64,000 nt of DNA from Proteromonas lacertae (Eukaryota). Below, piece by piece: positions 41,213 through 53,273 of this stretch; position 1 is the stretch's first letter; the number at the start of each line of letters is the position of its first letter. The position numbers were made by a program, and so were the translations under genes. The DNA is taken from assembly GCA_002245135.1 (NCBI GenBank), contig NGBS01000035.1, forward strand, positions 1-64,000. The letters run 5' to 3'. The notes below the pieces were generated by a model. The model was not told the origin of the DNA. It saw only the letters and a list, made by a program, of their open reading frames with translations, and did no database searches.

Positions 41213-43333
41213 TTACAATTTCACTTTAAAAATAGAAGGTTTTAACATAACAATATATCCATCCTTTTTCTCAGGTATGATATTTGTTACAGAATAGCCT
41301 TGAGATAATAAATTCGATAAACACTCCAAGTTCTTCACAGATTTTGTTATAATTTGTTTATTTTTCTTTTGATTAATTATACCACTTTTTAACTTGTTGA
41401 ATTTATAATAATCACATTCATTTAATATATTTTCTATTAACGCATCATTATTATCAATTACTAGTTGATTTGTACGTAAATATTGTAATAATATTGAGAA
41501 TAAACCACTATCTCTATCATAATAAACATTACTATAGTTGTTATTATTAGATGATGGTAATAACTCTGCCAACTATTTAATATATAAATAAATATATATA
41601 TATACGATTGATTGTGGTTCTTTCTCTAGAGTATCTCTTGTAGTTTCATAAATTGTTCCACCAACATTAATTCTAATCACTTTATAACTATAACTATTGT
41701 TATTATTTCCACTACTACTCAAATTGCTATTATGTCTTGAATGGAATAAATTATTACTACTGTTGCTATTCGGTATACTTACAATATTATTATTATTATT
41801 ATTATTACTATTACGATTTGTGATAGAATAAGGAATAGGAGTAGTTGAAACAGATGGTAATGATGAATTTAGATAAGGTGGAGTAGGAGATAAACGTGAT
41901 AATTCGTTATTACAGGGTGAACCACAAGATACCATTGATCCTTCTTTTTCAAATGGTTTTAAGGGTGATTTATAATTGCTATATTCATTATTTGAATTAT
42001 TATTATTATTATTTAAATTATTCAAATCATTGTTAGGATTGCTGTTATATAAATTATTTGGTGTTTTAATTGGTTCTAATGAAGGTGATGAATTTTCACT
42101 CGCTGTTTCTTTAACATCAAATGGCTAATTTAATATGATAGTTAATTATATCACTACTACTTATAATTGGAGGTGTTGGCATTCTAGGCCTGTATGGAAT
42201 GGAGAAGATTTCAGTAGCTAATTTCATTATTGGTAATATTAAATATTGTTTATAATAAGATGAGTCATTTATTTTACCACATAAACTAATATAATAATCT
42301 TCTACTAAAACAGATATATGGTTATATCGGAGTGGTGGATTTTGAGGTAAGATGATTGATTCTAATGTATTATCGAGTACATTATATAACATCATTCCAT
42401 TGTTATTTCCATCTTCACTTTTTCCACCTTCTATTAAGATATATGTACCGTTATCACCACTAATTGGATCGATATGATTGACTGATAGTGCTGTATGTCC
42501 ATATAATGGATATAATAATGATCCATCTGAGATATTGACATAGATCCATTGATTTGTGAGAATATTATAACTGTAGATATCATCGAAGATTGTTGAACCA
42601 TCAGTTCCACCGATTAAAATCACATTATTATTTTCACTTTTATTTGAATTATTAATTAATGACATTGTATGTTGTTTTCTAGCACCAGGTAAACAGATTT
42701 CATTGGCTAATGGGTTGATTTTTTCCCATTTTGGATCCTTTGGGTTTTTTAACATGTACATATCTGATAATGTTCCTGTTTCGTTGCAACCACCGTATAA
42801 AAGCAACGTATCTTTATTGATATAGGTTAATGTATGAAATGACCTTCCTGATGGCATTGAGGATTTATCATCATCTTTAGAGTTGAATAAAAGAGTAAAT
42901 TTAAGATCTGGAGTGATTAGATATGCTTCATTATAAAATTGTTTATCATCTTGGCCTCCAAATAGAATGTAGCAACCATACCATGTTGTTAATGTACAGC
43001 CATATCGTGGAGTTAAAGTTTCTGGAATTTTTATTTCTGTAAAATCAAAGGGCGATAGTAAAGTTTGATAATTGAACTGACATGAGTAAAATGCGTTTGA
43101 AATAGTAGATCCATTTCTACCACCAAATATTAGCAGAAGATAATTTCTATCCTCATAAACACCTATAATTTACATTATAATAGGAAAAAAAGCATAAAAA
43201 AAGATATAAACATACCTTTACAACATGCTGCTGATTCTAAACCGAGAACTTCGTTTGTAAACTGTTTACACGACAAACCAGTTAATGATCCGATTTCATA
43301 CGCAGATGATGAGTGTCTATGTCGAAAATCCAT
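41213..43333 (-). CDS. Kelch-repeat protein with C-terminal KCTD-type BTB/POZ domain
   Basis: Kelch repeats (LIFGG, PRYG..ILFGG, GRSFHT..LLYGG, ARKQHT..LIGG) and BTB motif IRINVGGTIYETTRDTL...YDRDSGLFSILLQYLRT. One unresolved phase shift near 42160. Confidence 0.8.
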
Positions 43334-43372
43334 TTATTTTAAAAGCTGTAACTCTATAAACAACTGTTGCAG

Positions 43373-43440
43373 TCAAGCTGTTTCTCTATTAATGAATTAA
43401 AAAATTCAAAACAAAACAAACTGTTTGAGATAAAGCTTGA
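43373..43440. promoter_or_regulatory. Candidate bidirectional promoter with two oppositely oriented AGCTTGA motifs
   Basis: TCAAGCT at 43373-43379 faces the kelch-BTB ATG (43333); AGCTTGA at 43434-43440 faces the RCC1 ATG (43467). Confidence 0.45.
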
Positions 43441-43466
43441 GTTGGATTTATAAATAAGAAAAATTC

Positions 43467-44904
43467 ATGTTATTTGCATTAAGGTTTTGTTCAAGAATTG
43501 GATGTGCAAAGAAATGTTGTTTGAGTACACCTTTTCATACAGTTTTGAAACAAACATTTTCATCAAAGAGTATTTTTGCTCATTTTCATACTCATTTAGC
43601 AAAATCAGAGATATATGTTGTAGGAAAAAACGCAAATAATCAAATGGGAATTGATGTAGAAGAATGCCTTCTTCCAGAACCTTTTGAATTCAATGATGAA
43701 GTTGTATCAATGTCATGTTGTGATAATCATAGTGCATTAGTAACAAGTATAGACAAACAAATTAATTATAATAGAAAATGGTGAATTATATACATGGGGT
43801 AAAGGTCAATTCGGAATTCTAGGTCATGGAGATGATAAAGATGTATATGAACCAAAGCAAGTGGAAGCATTAAAAGATCTCAAAATAAAACAAGTCGTAT
43901 GTGCTCAAAATCACACGTTGGCGTTGAGTGATGATGGTTATGTGTTTAGTTGGGGTTATGGTGGTGGTTTTATTAGGGGACCAGGTGCTCTAGGTCATGG
44001 AGATTTACAATCATTATCATCACCTGCTGTAATCGAATATTTTGAAAAAGCTGTATAGATTTATTTAATCTTTTTTATTTTTATTTTAAAAATAGAATAT
44101 TATTGTTAAGCAAATAGCTGCTGGTGATGAGCATTCATTAGCATTAACCAATGAAGGAAAAGTATTTTCATGGGGTCAAGGAAGATATATATCTTTATAT
44201 AATATATTTTTTGACATAGTTATTAAATTTCTTTAATTTTTATCTTTTTGTAAGGCCATCTAGGTATTGGAAGTAGTTCAAGTAAAAAGATTCCAACATT
44301 AGTAGAACTATTAGAAGAATATACTCCAGTTAAACAAATAGTATGTGGATCTGATCACTCAATCGCATTAGGAACAAATGGTAAAGTATATAGTTGGGGT
44401 AAAAATGATCAATTCCAATTAGGTTTAGGTAATACTAGTGTTTCATTAGATATGTATGCATTAGAACTATTCCCTAAAGAAATTAAAGACTTGACTAATA
44501 CACATGTTGAATATATAACATCTGGTGGTAGTAGATCATTAGCTTTTACTAAAAACGGAAAAGTATATTCTTGGGGCAAAAATACCACTCTTGAGCCAAT
44601 TGAGATGATTACGTTGAAAGGAAAGAATTGTGTAACTGGTGGGTGTTCTGAGTCATGTTTTGCTGTTTCTACTGATGAAGGCAAGTTATATACTTGGGGT
44701 AGTGGCAGATCGAGGACTTTAGGACATGGAAATAAATCCAATCAACCACAACCAACATTAGTTAAAGCATTAGAAGGTAAAAAGGTTAGAAAGTATATAT
44801 ATTATTATTTATATTATTTATATAGTGTATATTGTGGATTATATCATAATTATATATTATGTGGAGAGCCAATGAAGTCTTCCTCTGAAAATATAAAGAA
44901 TTAA
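43467..44904 (+). CDS. RCC1-repeat protein with mitochondrial-targeting-like N-terminus
   Basis: Repeated H(S/T).AL...G..(Y/F)(S/T)WG....G.LG.G motifs; basic, acid-free N-terminus MLFALRFCSRIGCAKK; four GT-AG introns and one AT-AA intron. Confidence 0.88.
44189..44253 (+). other. Putative U12-type intron with AT-AA termini (65 nt)
   Basis: 5' ATATCTTT, branch-like TTTCTTTAAT at 44228-44237, 3' TGTAA. Removal gives WGQGRY|GHLGIG, the RCC1 consensus. Confidence 0.75.
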
Positions 44905-44917
44905 GAAATTATTATTA

Positions 44918-45874
44918 TTATATCATGTCTATTACTGTGTCATAAAGTGATTGAAATTGTTCAACAAATGCTTCTTTTGTGCTGTTGTTTCTAATCTTAT
45001 GAACTGTTCTATTAGATATTAATTCTGCATATTCACTGTTGTTTGCCAAGTTATCTATACCAATTTTTCTGTCATTTAATGTTTTAACAACAAAATCACA
45101 AAACTTGTCTTTGAATGTATTATATTGGCTGAGAGCATTTGTAAAACGTTGTAATATATTTCCTTCCAATGGAACACCTGATAGTTCAATAAACTTATTT
45201 CGAAAGTTTGATCGAGTGTATATTGCATATTCTTCTACTTTTATATCTTTATTTTCTAACTCACTCATCCATCTTTCACATGTCTTTACTGGATCAGCTT
45301 CTATTTCAATTACTATTAATGTGATTGGTTTTCCTATTGATAGAATACCAGATCTTGATAATTCTAATAATTCTGGTATATGACGAGCTCCTAGATCAAA
45401 TGCGTACTTATCATACGATAATTCTGTTAAATCTTTTATCTTTTTGTCAATGATACCTTGCAAACTTTTTATCCATACATTCTTTTCAATACTTTCCTCT
45501 AATTGCTTCATAGTACATCCACATTCAAGTAATTCACTCTCTGTTATACCTACACAGTCAGAACTAAGCACCAACTCTTTAATAGCGCCATTGAACGATT
45601 TGTTCTTTCTATTAAAGCAGTCATAGTATTTATCAGGTGTAATTATGTATTGCAGTCTTTCTTTGGTTCTAATAGGTTCACCATCTCTGGTTATTTTTAA
45701 TAATACATCTTCTATCAATAAACTTATTGCTAAGTTTATTCTGTTACTATCTGCCCTTGATGGTATATCTAAGTCATCAAACGAGAAAGTAGCCCAGTTT
45801 TTGTTCTGTTCAAACAAGTGTCTAAGTGTAGACTTGCCTGAACCTGGTATTCCAACAGTGCAAACTAAAGTCAT
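44918..45874 (-). CDS. P-loop kinase-like protein (nucleotide/polynucleotide-kinase fold), intronless
   Basis: N-terminal Walker A LVCTVGIPGSGKST, then FSFDD and a later YAFDLG strand. Confidence 0.75.
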   Translation of the reverse strand: MTLVCTVGIPGSGKSTLRHLFEQNKNWATFSFDDLDIPSRADSNRINLAISLLIEDVLLKITRDGEPIRTKERLQYIITPDKYYDCFNRKNKSFNGAIKELVLSSDCVGITESELLECGCTMKQLEESIEKNVWIKSLQGIIDKKIKDLTELSYDKYAFDLGARHIPELLELSRSGILSIGKPITLIVIEIEADPVKTCERWMSELENKDIKVEEYAIYTRSNFRNKFIELSGVPLEGNILQRFTNALSQYNTFKDKFCDFVVKTLNDRKIGIDNLANNSEYAELISNRTVHKIRNNSTKEAFVEQFQSLYDTVIDMI

Positions 45875-46022
45875 ATTTTTATATTTGTGTGAGTTTTACA
45901 CTAGATTTCTTTATCACTAAACAAGTTAATTGCTTTGATAAAATCACATTTTTAAATAATAACCTACAAAACAATATCAAAACCCAGGAATACATATATT
46001 AATTTATAGAAATTAATAATTA

Positions 46023-47259
46023 TTAATAATCAGGATGAGTAGCCCAAAATTTAGTTAACTGTCCAACCATATCAGACAAACTGATATTTCCAGGTAAAAC
46101 ATACTCTGATCTTGCTTCAACCACAGAATATATATCAACATTTCTTATAGATGTAACAGGAGATGGTGTAATTCCAGGAACTTTAGATAGAAATTGTTTT
46201 CGTTGATTTTCCCATCTCTTTTTCCCCAGATTCACAAAATCACCATATAAGCCATGAGGAAACCATTCATTTGGGGGTTTATCAATATGTTTCATTTTAT
46301 TACGAAGTGCTTCAGATAATATTTTTCCTCCTGGTATTAAAAATACTGTAATTCCTTCTTCACTGCCTTTTTCTTTATTTATACGAACTAAATCTTTAAA
46401 TATCTATATAAATAATATTTTAATATATATTATATACCTCTTGTGTCTGTTTTTCATCTAATTGAAAAGTATTCACCTCAGAAAGCATTGTACAGCCAAA
46501 ATTAATATCTTTAAACTTCGGTATAATAGCCTCTAAATCCTGTGAAACGGACAAATCAAAACTTTCAAAGGGAATATTCTTTTCATTTAAATATTTCATC
46601 AAATCAGTTGAATAAAAATTATCATTTGGTAATTTCATCTTTTTCCTAAGCTCTGATGCATATTCACTTATTGGACCTCTCTTTCTAATATATACTAGTA
46701 AATGACCTCCTTCCCTTAACAAATACATACTATTTTCCACAGCTTGTGTTGCTTCTTTGTAATTATAAGGTAATTCATGTAATATGATTAGATCAAAACG
46801 ATCTGCTATGGATTTAGAAAGAGAATTGTAAGGACATAATTCCATTTGTACTGCATATGTAAAAGACATGCCTGTAATAGCTTGCTATATTATTAAATAT
46901 AGATAATATCTATTAATACACTAAATCTAGTCATTCTTTCAGGGAATACTAAGCAGTATCTATTTTGGATAGGTTTAGAATTTAGACATACCTTATTTTA
47001 TATACTGTATCAGCAAATTTATCAACTATTTGGATCTCTGAGTCTGGACTTGCACTCCATACAGTCATAGCTCGTAGCTGTTCTCTTTGTGCACTATAGA
47101 TACACAATATAATTGAATCTTTATATACACGAACCTCCAAGAATTTTGCTTCAACCATGAGAGAAAAGTTCTAACATAACCTGTATATTGATAAAATGTG
47201 GTTGCTTGGTAACGCAGGGCTGAATCTTCTATCCCTATCTTATTAGCTACGTGAGCCAT
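46023..47259 (-). CDS. Degenerate methyltransferase-like domain fused to a DUF4050/Gag1-clamp-like C-terminus (5 exons)
   Basis: RFDLIILHELPY and LLREGGHLLV resemble class I MTase motifs. C-terminal FVNLGKKRWENQRKQF...IY...PGNISLSDMVGQLTKFW. Exons join in frame. Confidence 0.55.
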
Positions 47260-47421
47260 ATTATTCAAAATGAAAAAAAGATTCGGGTTTTGGTTTTCTA
47301 AATTCTTATAACGATTTTTGATTTTCTTATTTTGGAGAAGTTCTACCCCAGAATACTTACCCAAATCAACAAATGTCATACACAAATACATGTATGTAAA
47401 TGAATTAGTTTATAATTATAG

Positions 47422-49724
47422 TTAATTTAAATAAATAACACCATGACTTCTTAGTGTTGCTTTGATTTCTGGACTAAGATTCTCTTCACGATTAATAGCC
47501 AATTCCTTCAAATTTGGCAATACTGACAAGTATTTACATAAATCGATAATTCCGTGAGAATGGAAGTGATTATCTATATATAATATAAAAATAGTATATA
47601 TACTTGCTAGATTTAAATATTCTAAACCTGAAATATTCACTAAAAATGGTCCAATAAAGTTTATACCCATTCTTTTAATACAATTCTCATCCAACTCTAA
47701 TCTTTTCAATTTTGTAATATTAGACAAGTTTTCTGCAAAAGGTAAAAGATCACTATCATTTATAAGATTTCTTCTCAACTCTAATACCTCTAAATTTGTT
47801 AATGAACTTAATATCTCTGATATTGATCTTAATGAATTTGAATAAAGAAAACAGTAATTTAATTTGAGAGTAACTAATTGATGTAATACATTCAAACATT
47901 TACATAAGAAGTAAATATCAGTTGTAACTAATTCATTTCTTGTTAAATCCAAATACTCCAAATGTCTAATATAATCCATAGTAACTGACAATTCAACAAT
48001 ACCATACAGTGGATAAGTATAAGCATATCTTTTTCTACTTTCATAATTAGATAAGTGTAAATATTTCAAATATTTTATACTTACTAATGAACGAATTAAT
48101 GGAATATAATCATCTGAATCTAATGGTAAATTTAATATTGTCAATTTCTTTAAATGAATTATATATTTCATTGTATGAGATAATGAAGTTATTGCTTTAC
48201 TTGTATTGACTGAAATTCTGATTGAAATCTCTGAAAGATTATGTTGGTATTTCAACTTACTAAATAGAAATGATACATCATATAGATTAAAAGACAATCC
48301 TATATTAAATTAATATTAAAAAAAAAGAATAAAAAAAATAATATACTTTGAACAACAAATTTACATATATGATGATATGTCAATAACAACATATCAATAT
48401 AATTATCCATCAATTTATCATTATTCAAATGATCATATCTGAATGTGCCATTATTACTACTCCCAGAACGAATTACTAATTCATTTGTAAATTCAAAACA
48501 ATTTGTATCTTTCACACCTCTGAATAATTTCAATTGTAAATCGAAATAATTGTCATTTAATGGATTATGACTCATTATACTGTCTCTTTGTAGTTTTTCC
48601 AGAATATAATCACAATTTGATTTCTTATATAAACTTAATGATAATAATAATATGAATAAACTGTCATTATATAAATTCCTTAAATATCTGTTTATTAAAT
48701 CATTAAAAATCTCTCTTTCTTCATTCAATATTTCGTCAATTGCTTTTAATGATGAAAATGACAATTCTTTTGATAATCGAAATATCTCCATCATACCTCC
48801 ATCTTCTCTATTATTACAATTTTTTATTTTCTTTTTTATTCTTTCAGATTTACTTTCTGATAAATAACTGATTATTTCATCTATAGTTTTTCTCTCATTT
48901 TTGTTATAACATAAACACATATCTAATAACTCTTTATATTCCTTTGAAATACTACTATTATCATACAATTTAGAAGGATGGAGTTGTTTTCTATACATTT
49001 TAATAATACTCTTTGAGGAAAATATATTCTCATGATATGTTGATAATATGTAATATATTATACAACCTAAACTCCAAATATCACAACTTAAATCATATTC
49101 TCTATTTGAATATACCTCAGGAGCTATATATTCCAAAGTACTGAATGGCAAATCAGCTATTTTATTTGAACAATTATATAGTAAATAGTGTTTTATATCA
49201 CAAAAATAACAGTTGTAATTCTGTGAAATAAATATGTTGGTAGGTTTTAAATTGCTTATTAATATATTGTTAGAATGAAATTCTTTTATATTTAAACAGA
49301 TTTTGATCAAAAAATCATTCAATAAATTGTTTTCAATTAACTGATGAATTGGTGTTGTTTGTTCTGATTTATGATAATTATTACACTCTTCCTTTAATAA
49401 TATCTCTTTTGAAATATGACTTAGTTTATCTATACTACATGAAAAATAGGCTGTTCTTATTAGAAGAACAGAATTATCGACTATTTGGGAAGTAAAAGGA
49501 ATTATCAAATTCATTGGAAAACGAGAGAGTTCTTTCTCCTATATAAGTTCAAATATATTATATACATATTTTGTAATGGTTTTAAAGTTTCTTGAATCAA
49601 TACTAATAGATTTTATGACATGACTAATCCGATTATTTCTCTTCTCATAAAAACGAACATACTTTGAGGATATATAATCATCATATATTGTCTACATATA
49701 TAAATTAAGTATAAATACTGACAT
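47422..49724 (-). CDS. Pseudokinase + RNI-like leucine-rich repeat protein
   Basis: SNLKPTNI (HRD lost), FCDI (DFG lost), YIAPE and DIWSLG, followed by ~28-aa LRRs (LEYLDLTRNEL, LEVLELRRNLI, LKRLELDENCI). Confidence 0.8.
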
Positions 49725-50000
49725 AACACAAATCTCTCTTGTTAGATATGGTATTCAGCTCAAACAAATATAAATCCGCAATCTTATTTATCAAAACCAG
49801 TTTCAATGTGATATTCTAAATAGAAGAAGAGAAATTAAAAGAAACAATAAAGACACATTAATACATTTTAATACATTCTGGATGTATTTGTGGAATAAAT
49901 GTATTAACTATACTAATGAATTATTATTAAGATTATATACCAGAAAAAAATACAATACAATAAATAAATGAAATTATAAACCTAATAAAAAAACAATTTT

Positions 50001-53000
50001 CTATAATTTATCAAAATATGCAGTTTTCCATTTATATTTACCATGTGGTCTTAAAGCACTGAAATTATAACTTCTCTATGATATATTATAAGAAGCATAA
50101 TAAATACAATATTTGATAAATGTAAATGATAACTTTTAATATCATAACAGGGATTCAATACATCATATTTCATAATATCAGCATAATATGTAATAACTTG
50201 ATCACATCCTTGTTCTCCTAAATAGATTAATGGTATTTTTGTATAATTATCTCTAATTGGAGAAAGAAAGATCCATGAATCTTGACTGTCAATATTTGGA
50301 TAGATATATGACTTCATTATATTATTCTTATATTCATAAATCTCCCATTTTGTTAATGAAACGAATATATTTTCAAATTTCACTTTATTCAATCTTTCTA
50401 AAGATTGTTCATCATAAAGTATATCACTATTACCTATTATAACTATAGAATCATCTGGAATATATTTCTTTGAGTATTCAAAAGCATAATTGAAGCTGAG
50501 TCTTTCATCATTTACCACCTATTATTATATAAATTATTAAACAATGATAATACTTGAATTATTTTCTGTAAATTTGGTAAGGAAGAAAAATCATATTCTC
50601 TTTCATTTATTAAATGAATTTGATGTATTCTTTTATTGTTCAAGTTATATTTCAAACAAAAATCTATTTCTTTTTGCCTTTCTGTATTGTTACTTTTATA
50701 GTATTGAGTTATTAAATAGATTCTTCTTTCTTTCGATTCTTTGTTGATATAATTTGATGGTAATAATGAAAATACTTTATCATACTCTTCTTTGCATGTT
50801 ATTTTGTCTTTAGCGAATATTTCTATATTAATTAGACACAATTAATAAAAAATAAAATATTATATATACTATTTCTATCATATATTTCACTTCTGATTCT
50901 TCTTATGAATATATCATTTGATTTGAATATATCAATGTAATATTCACTACAAACAATAGAATAAAAATAAATAGATTATACATTCTCTTTAATTCATCAT
51001 CTGTGAGATTTGGATATAATTGTTTCAATGCTTGAAGAGAATAAGCCTAAATAGATTCATATTAATGATAATTATTATACAATATCATATTTTTTATCAA
51101 TTGCATCTAAGCAAATTATAGATTCTTGCACGTTTGGTTCAAACTGAGTGAAATTCAAATATCTCATTGGAAATAGATATGCATCATTTTTAGCCTATTT
51201 TATAAAAATATATAAAATAGCAGTAAATACGAAAACCATCAAAAAATCAAAGAAAAAATGATGTATCATTAATGTTTCTTTCACATACTCTTTAAGTAAT
51301 GGAGTCATCAGTATTTGAGCATAAATATTATATAAATACTATTAAAAAAAGAAATGATAAAATGAGTGATATATATATATTATACTCTTGATTTACTATT
51401 TAATGATATAGAAACAGAAATTTTAAACTCTTTAGCTGGAGGATATATCTTAAATAGATTATATGCTTCAATAAATGCTATAGATTTATCAGTTAGTGTA
51501 AGTAGAAAGGTATGAAGGTAATTAATATTAGTTGGTAATATTTCTATTGCTTTTTCAAGTTGTTCCATATTCTCTTCATTCATTATATCTTCCATATCTT
51601 CGTCAAACACATCATATTTTAGAATTATTAATTTCTTAAGTTTTATATTACCAAAGATATTGTTAAATAATGACAACCATTCTCTATATACATCAATTCT
51701 CATTTCTAATAGTTTTGATAAGTTAATTGTTTCATCGATAAATGATTCTTTAAATTTATCATAATTATTACTTACATACACAACATTATTAATATAATGT
51801 TCAATAGAAAATGAACAAGAAAATGGGAATAGATATGTATTATTAACCAATGAAATTAAAGATTGAGTTTGAAGATCTGAGTTACATAGAATCATATATG
51901 GTTTCTATATATCAACAAATATTATCATTTGTATAAAAAATACTTTAAAATATGTATATAATTGAATATCTTCAATATTTACAACTGGAAATGGAATTAA
52001 TCCCATATCAACAATGGAATATATATTCAACAATTTTTCAACATCTACTTATATAATACATTGTAATAATGAATATAAAATATACTATTTTCAGTTGAAT
52101 ATTTAATTTGCTTTTTAATTGATTGGTTAATTCTACTAATATGAGAATCTATATAATCTATTGTCCCAGCATTACTATTTAATATAAATAAAATATAAAT
52201 AAAATACTCCACAATAATAATCATTTTACTTTCTTTTACTTTATCCAAAATACCACAAATCACATCAAACATCTCTTCCATTATTATATTATTCTGCAGA
52301 TTCAATAAATATAAAAATGTGTTATTAGCAATATTATATTTGGATTTTGTAATATTTTCATAATTAAACATTATTTTTGGCAATAAATACATTTGTGATG
52401 AGAAATACATCAGTTGAAATTCTTTCATTCTATTTATATTCATTTTCTTATTTTCTATCATTGTTGTATCAACTGCAATAATATAATCTATTGATTTCAT
52501 ATAAACTATATTTCTTGGATTAAACAATATCTGAATTGGACTAAATCTTCCTTGAAATAATATGTATAAGTCCAAACTTGATTCTATATCAAACACTATT
52601 ATTAAATCCAATTGTTCATTGGTGATTTGATTCTGTGTGATTTCAAGGTTTTCTGTTTCTATTTTAACACAAAAATCACTTGATTCTAAAGAATAACACT
52701 TTAAATTATATCTTTTATCTTCGATAAAATCCATTAAACTCTAATGATTAAAAATTCATAATATACTTCGATATGTATAAAATTAATATCAAGTAACTTA
52801 GTATTTGGTACAAATAAACCAATACTATACACAGATTTAGCTACAAATGGTTCTAATTGCATAAATGGTGAAGTATATTCAATTTGAGGTAGAATGTTGA
52901 TTAAAATGTCATTTAACAATGAATATGTCTCATAATTCAATAATCTTGCTTTATTAAGATAGGAAAAACATATGTTAATAAAATCAATAAACGTATCATT

Positions 53001-53138
53001 TACTGTGCTTATTTTGGATTTATAATATTTTTCTTCCAACATAATTGCTAATTTTGATTTTTCTATTTCGAGAGTCTTAAACGAAACAGGATATGTCTCA
53101 TAACAATTCCATATACTATAATAACTGCATTGACACAT
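50001..53138 (-). CDS. Large multi-exon protein with C-terminal GT-A glycosyltransferase-like domain
   Basis: ITQYY..ERQKEIDFCL..N, IVIIGNSDILYD, SLTKWE, DSQDSWIF, GCD and NPC..IKSYHLH. Upstream exons on the same strand link through short introns; a single-gene model is likely but unproven. Confidence 0.55.
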
Positions 53139-53273
53139 GCAAAATAACAGCTATGACGTTTTAGATATACTATTATATACTAATAAAGGCAGGAAACGGA
53201 GTAACATTGTTATTTATGTTCAAACCGATATTCAAGCTTAATATATAAAAAAAAGTAATAATCAACTAACAAT

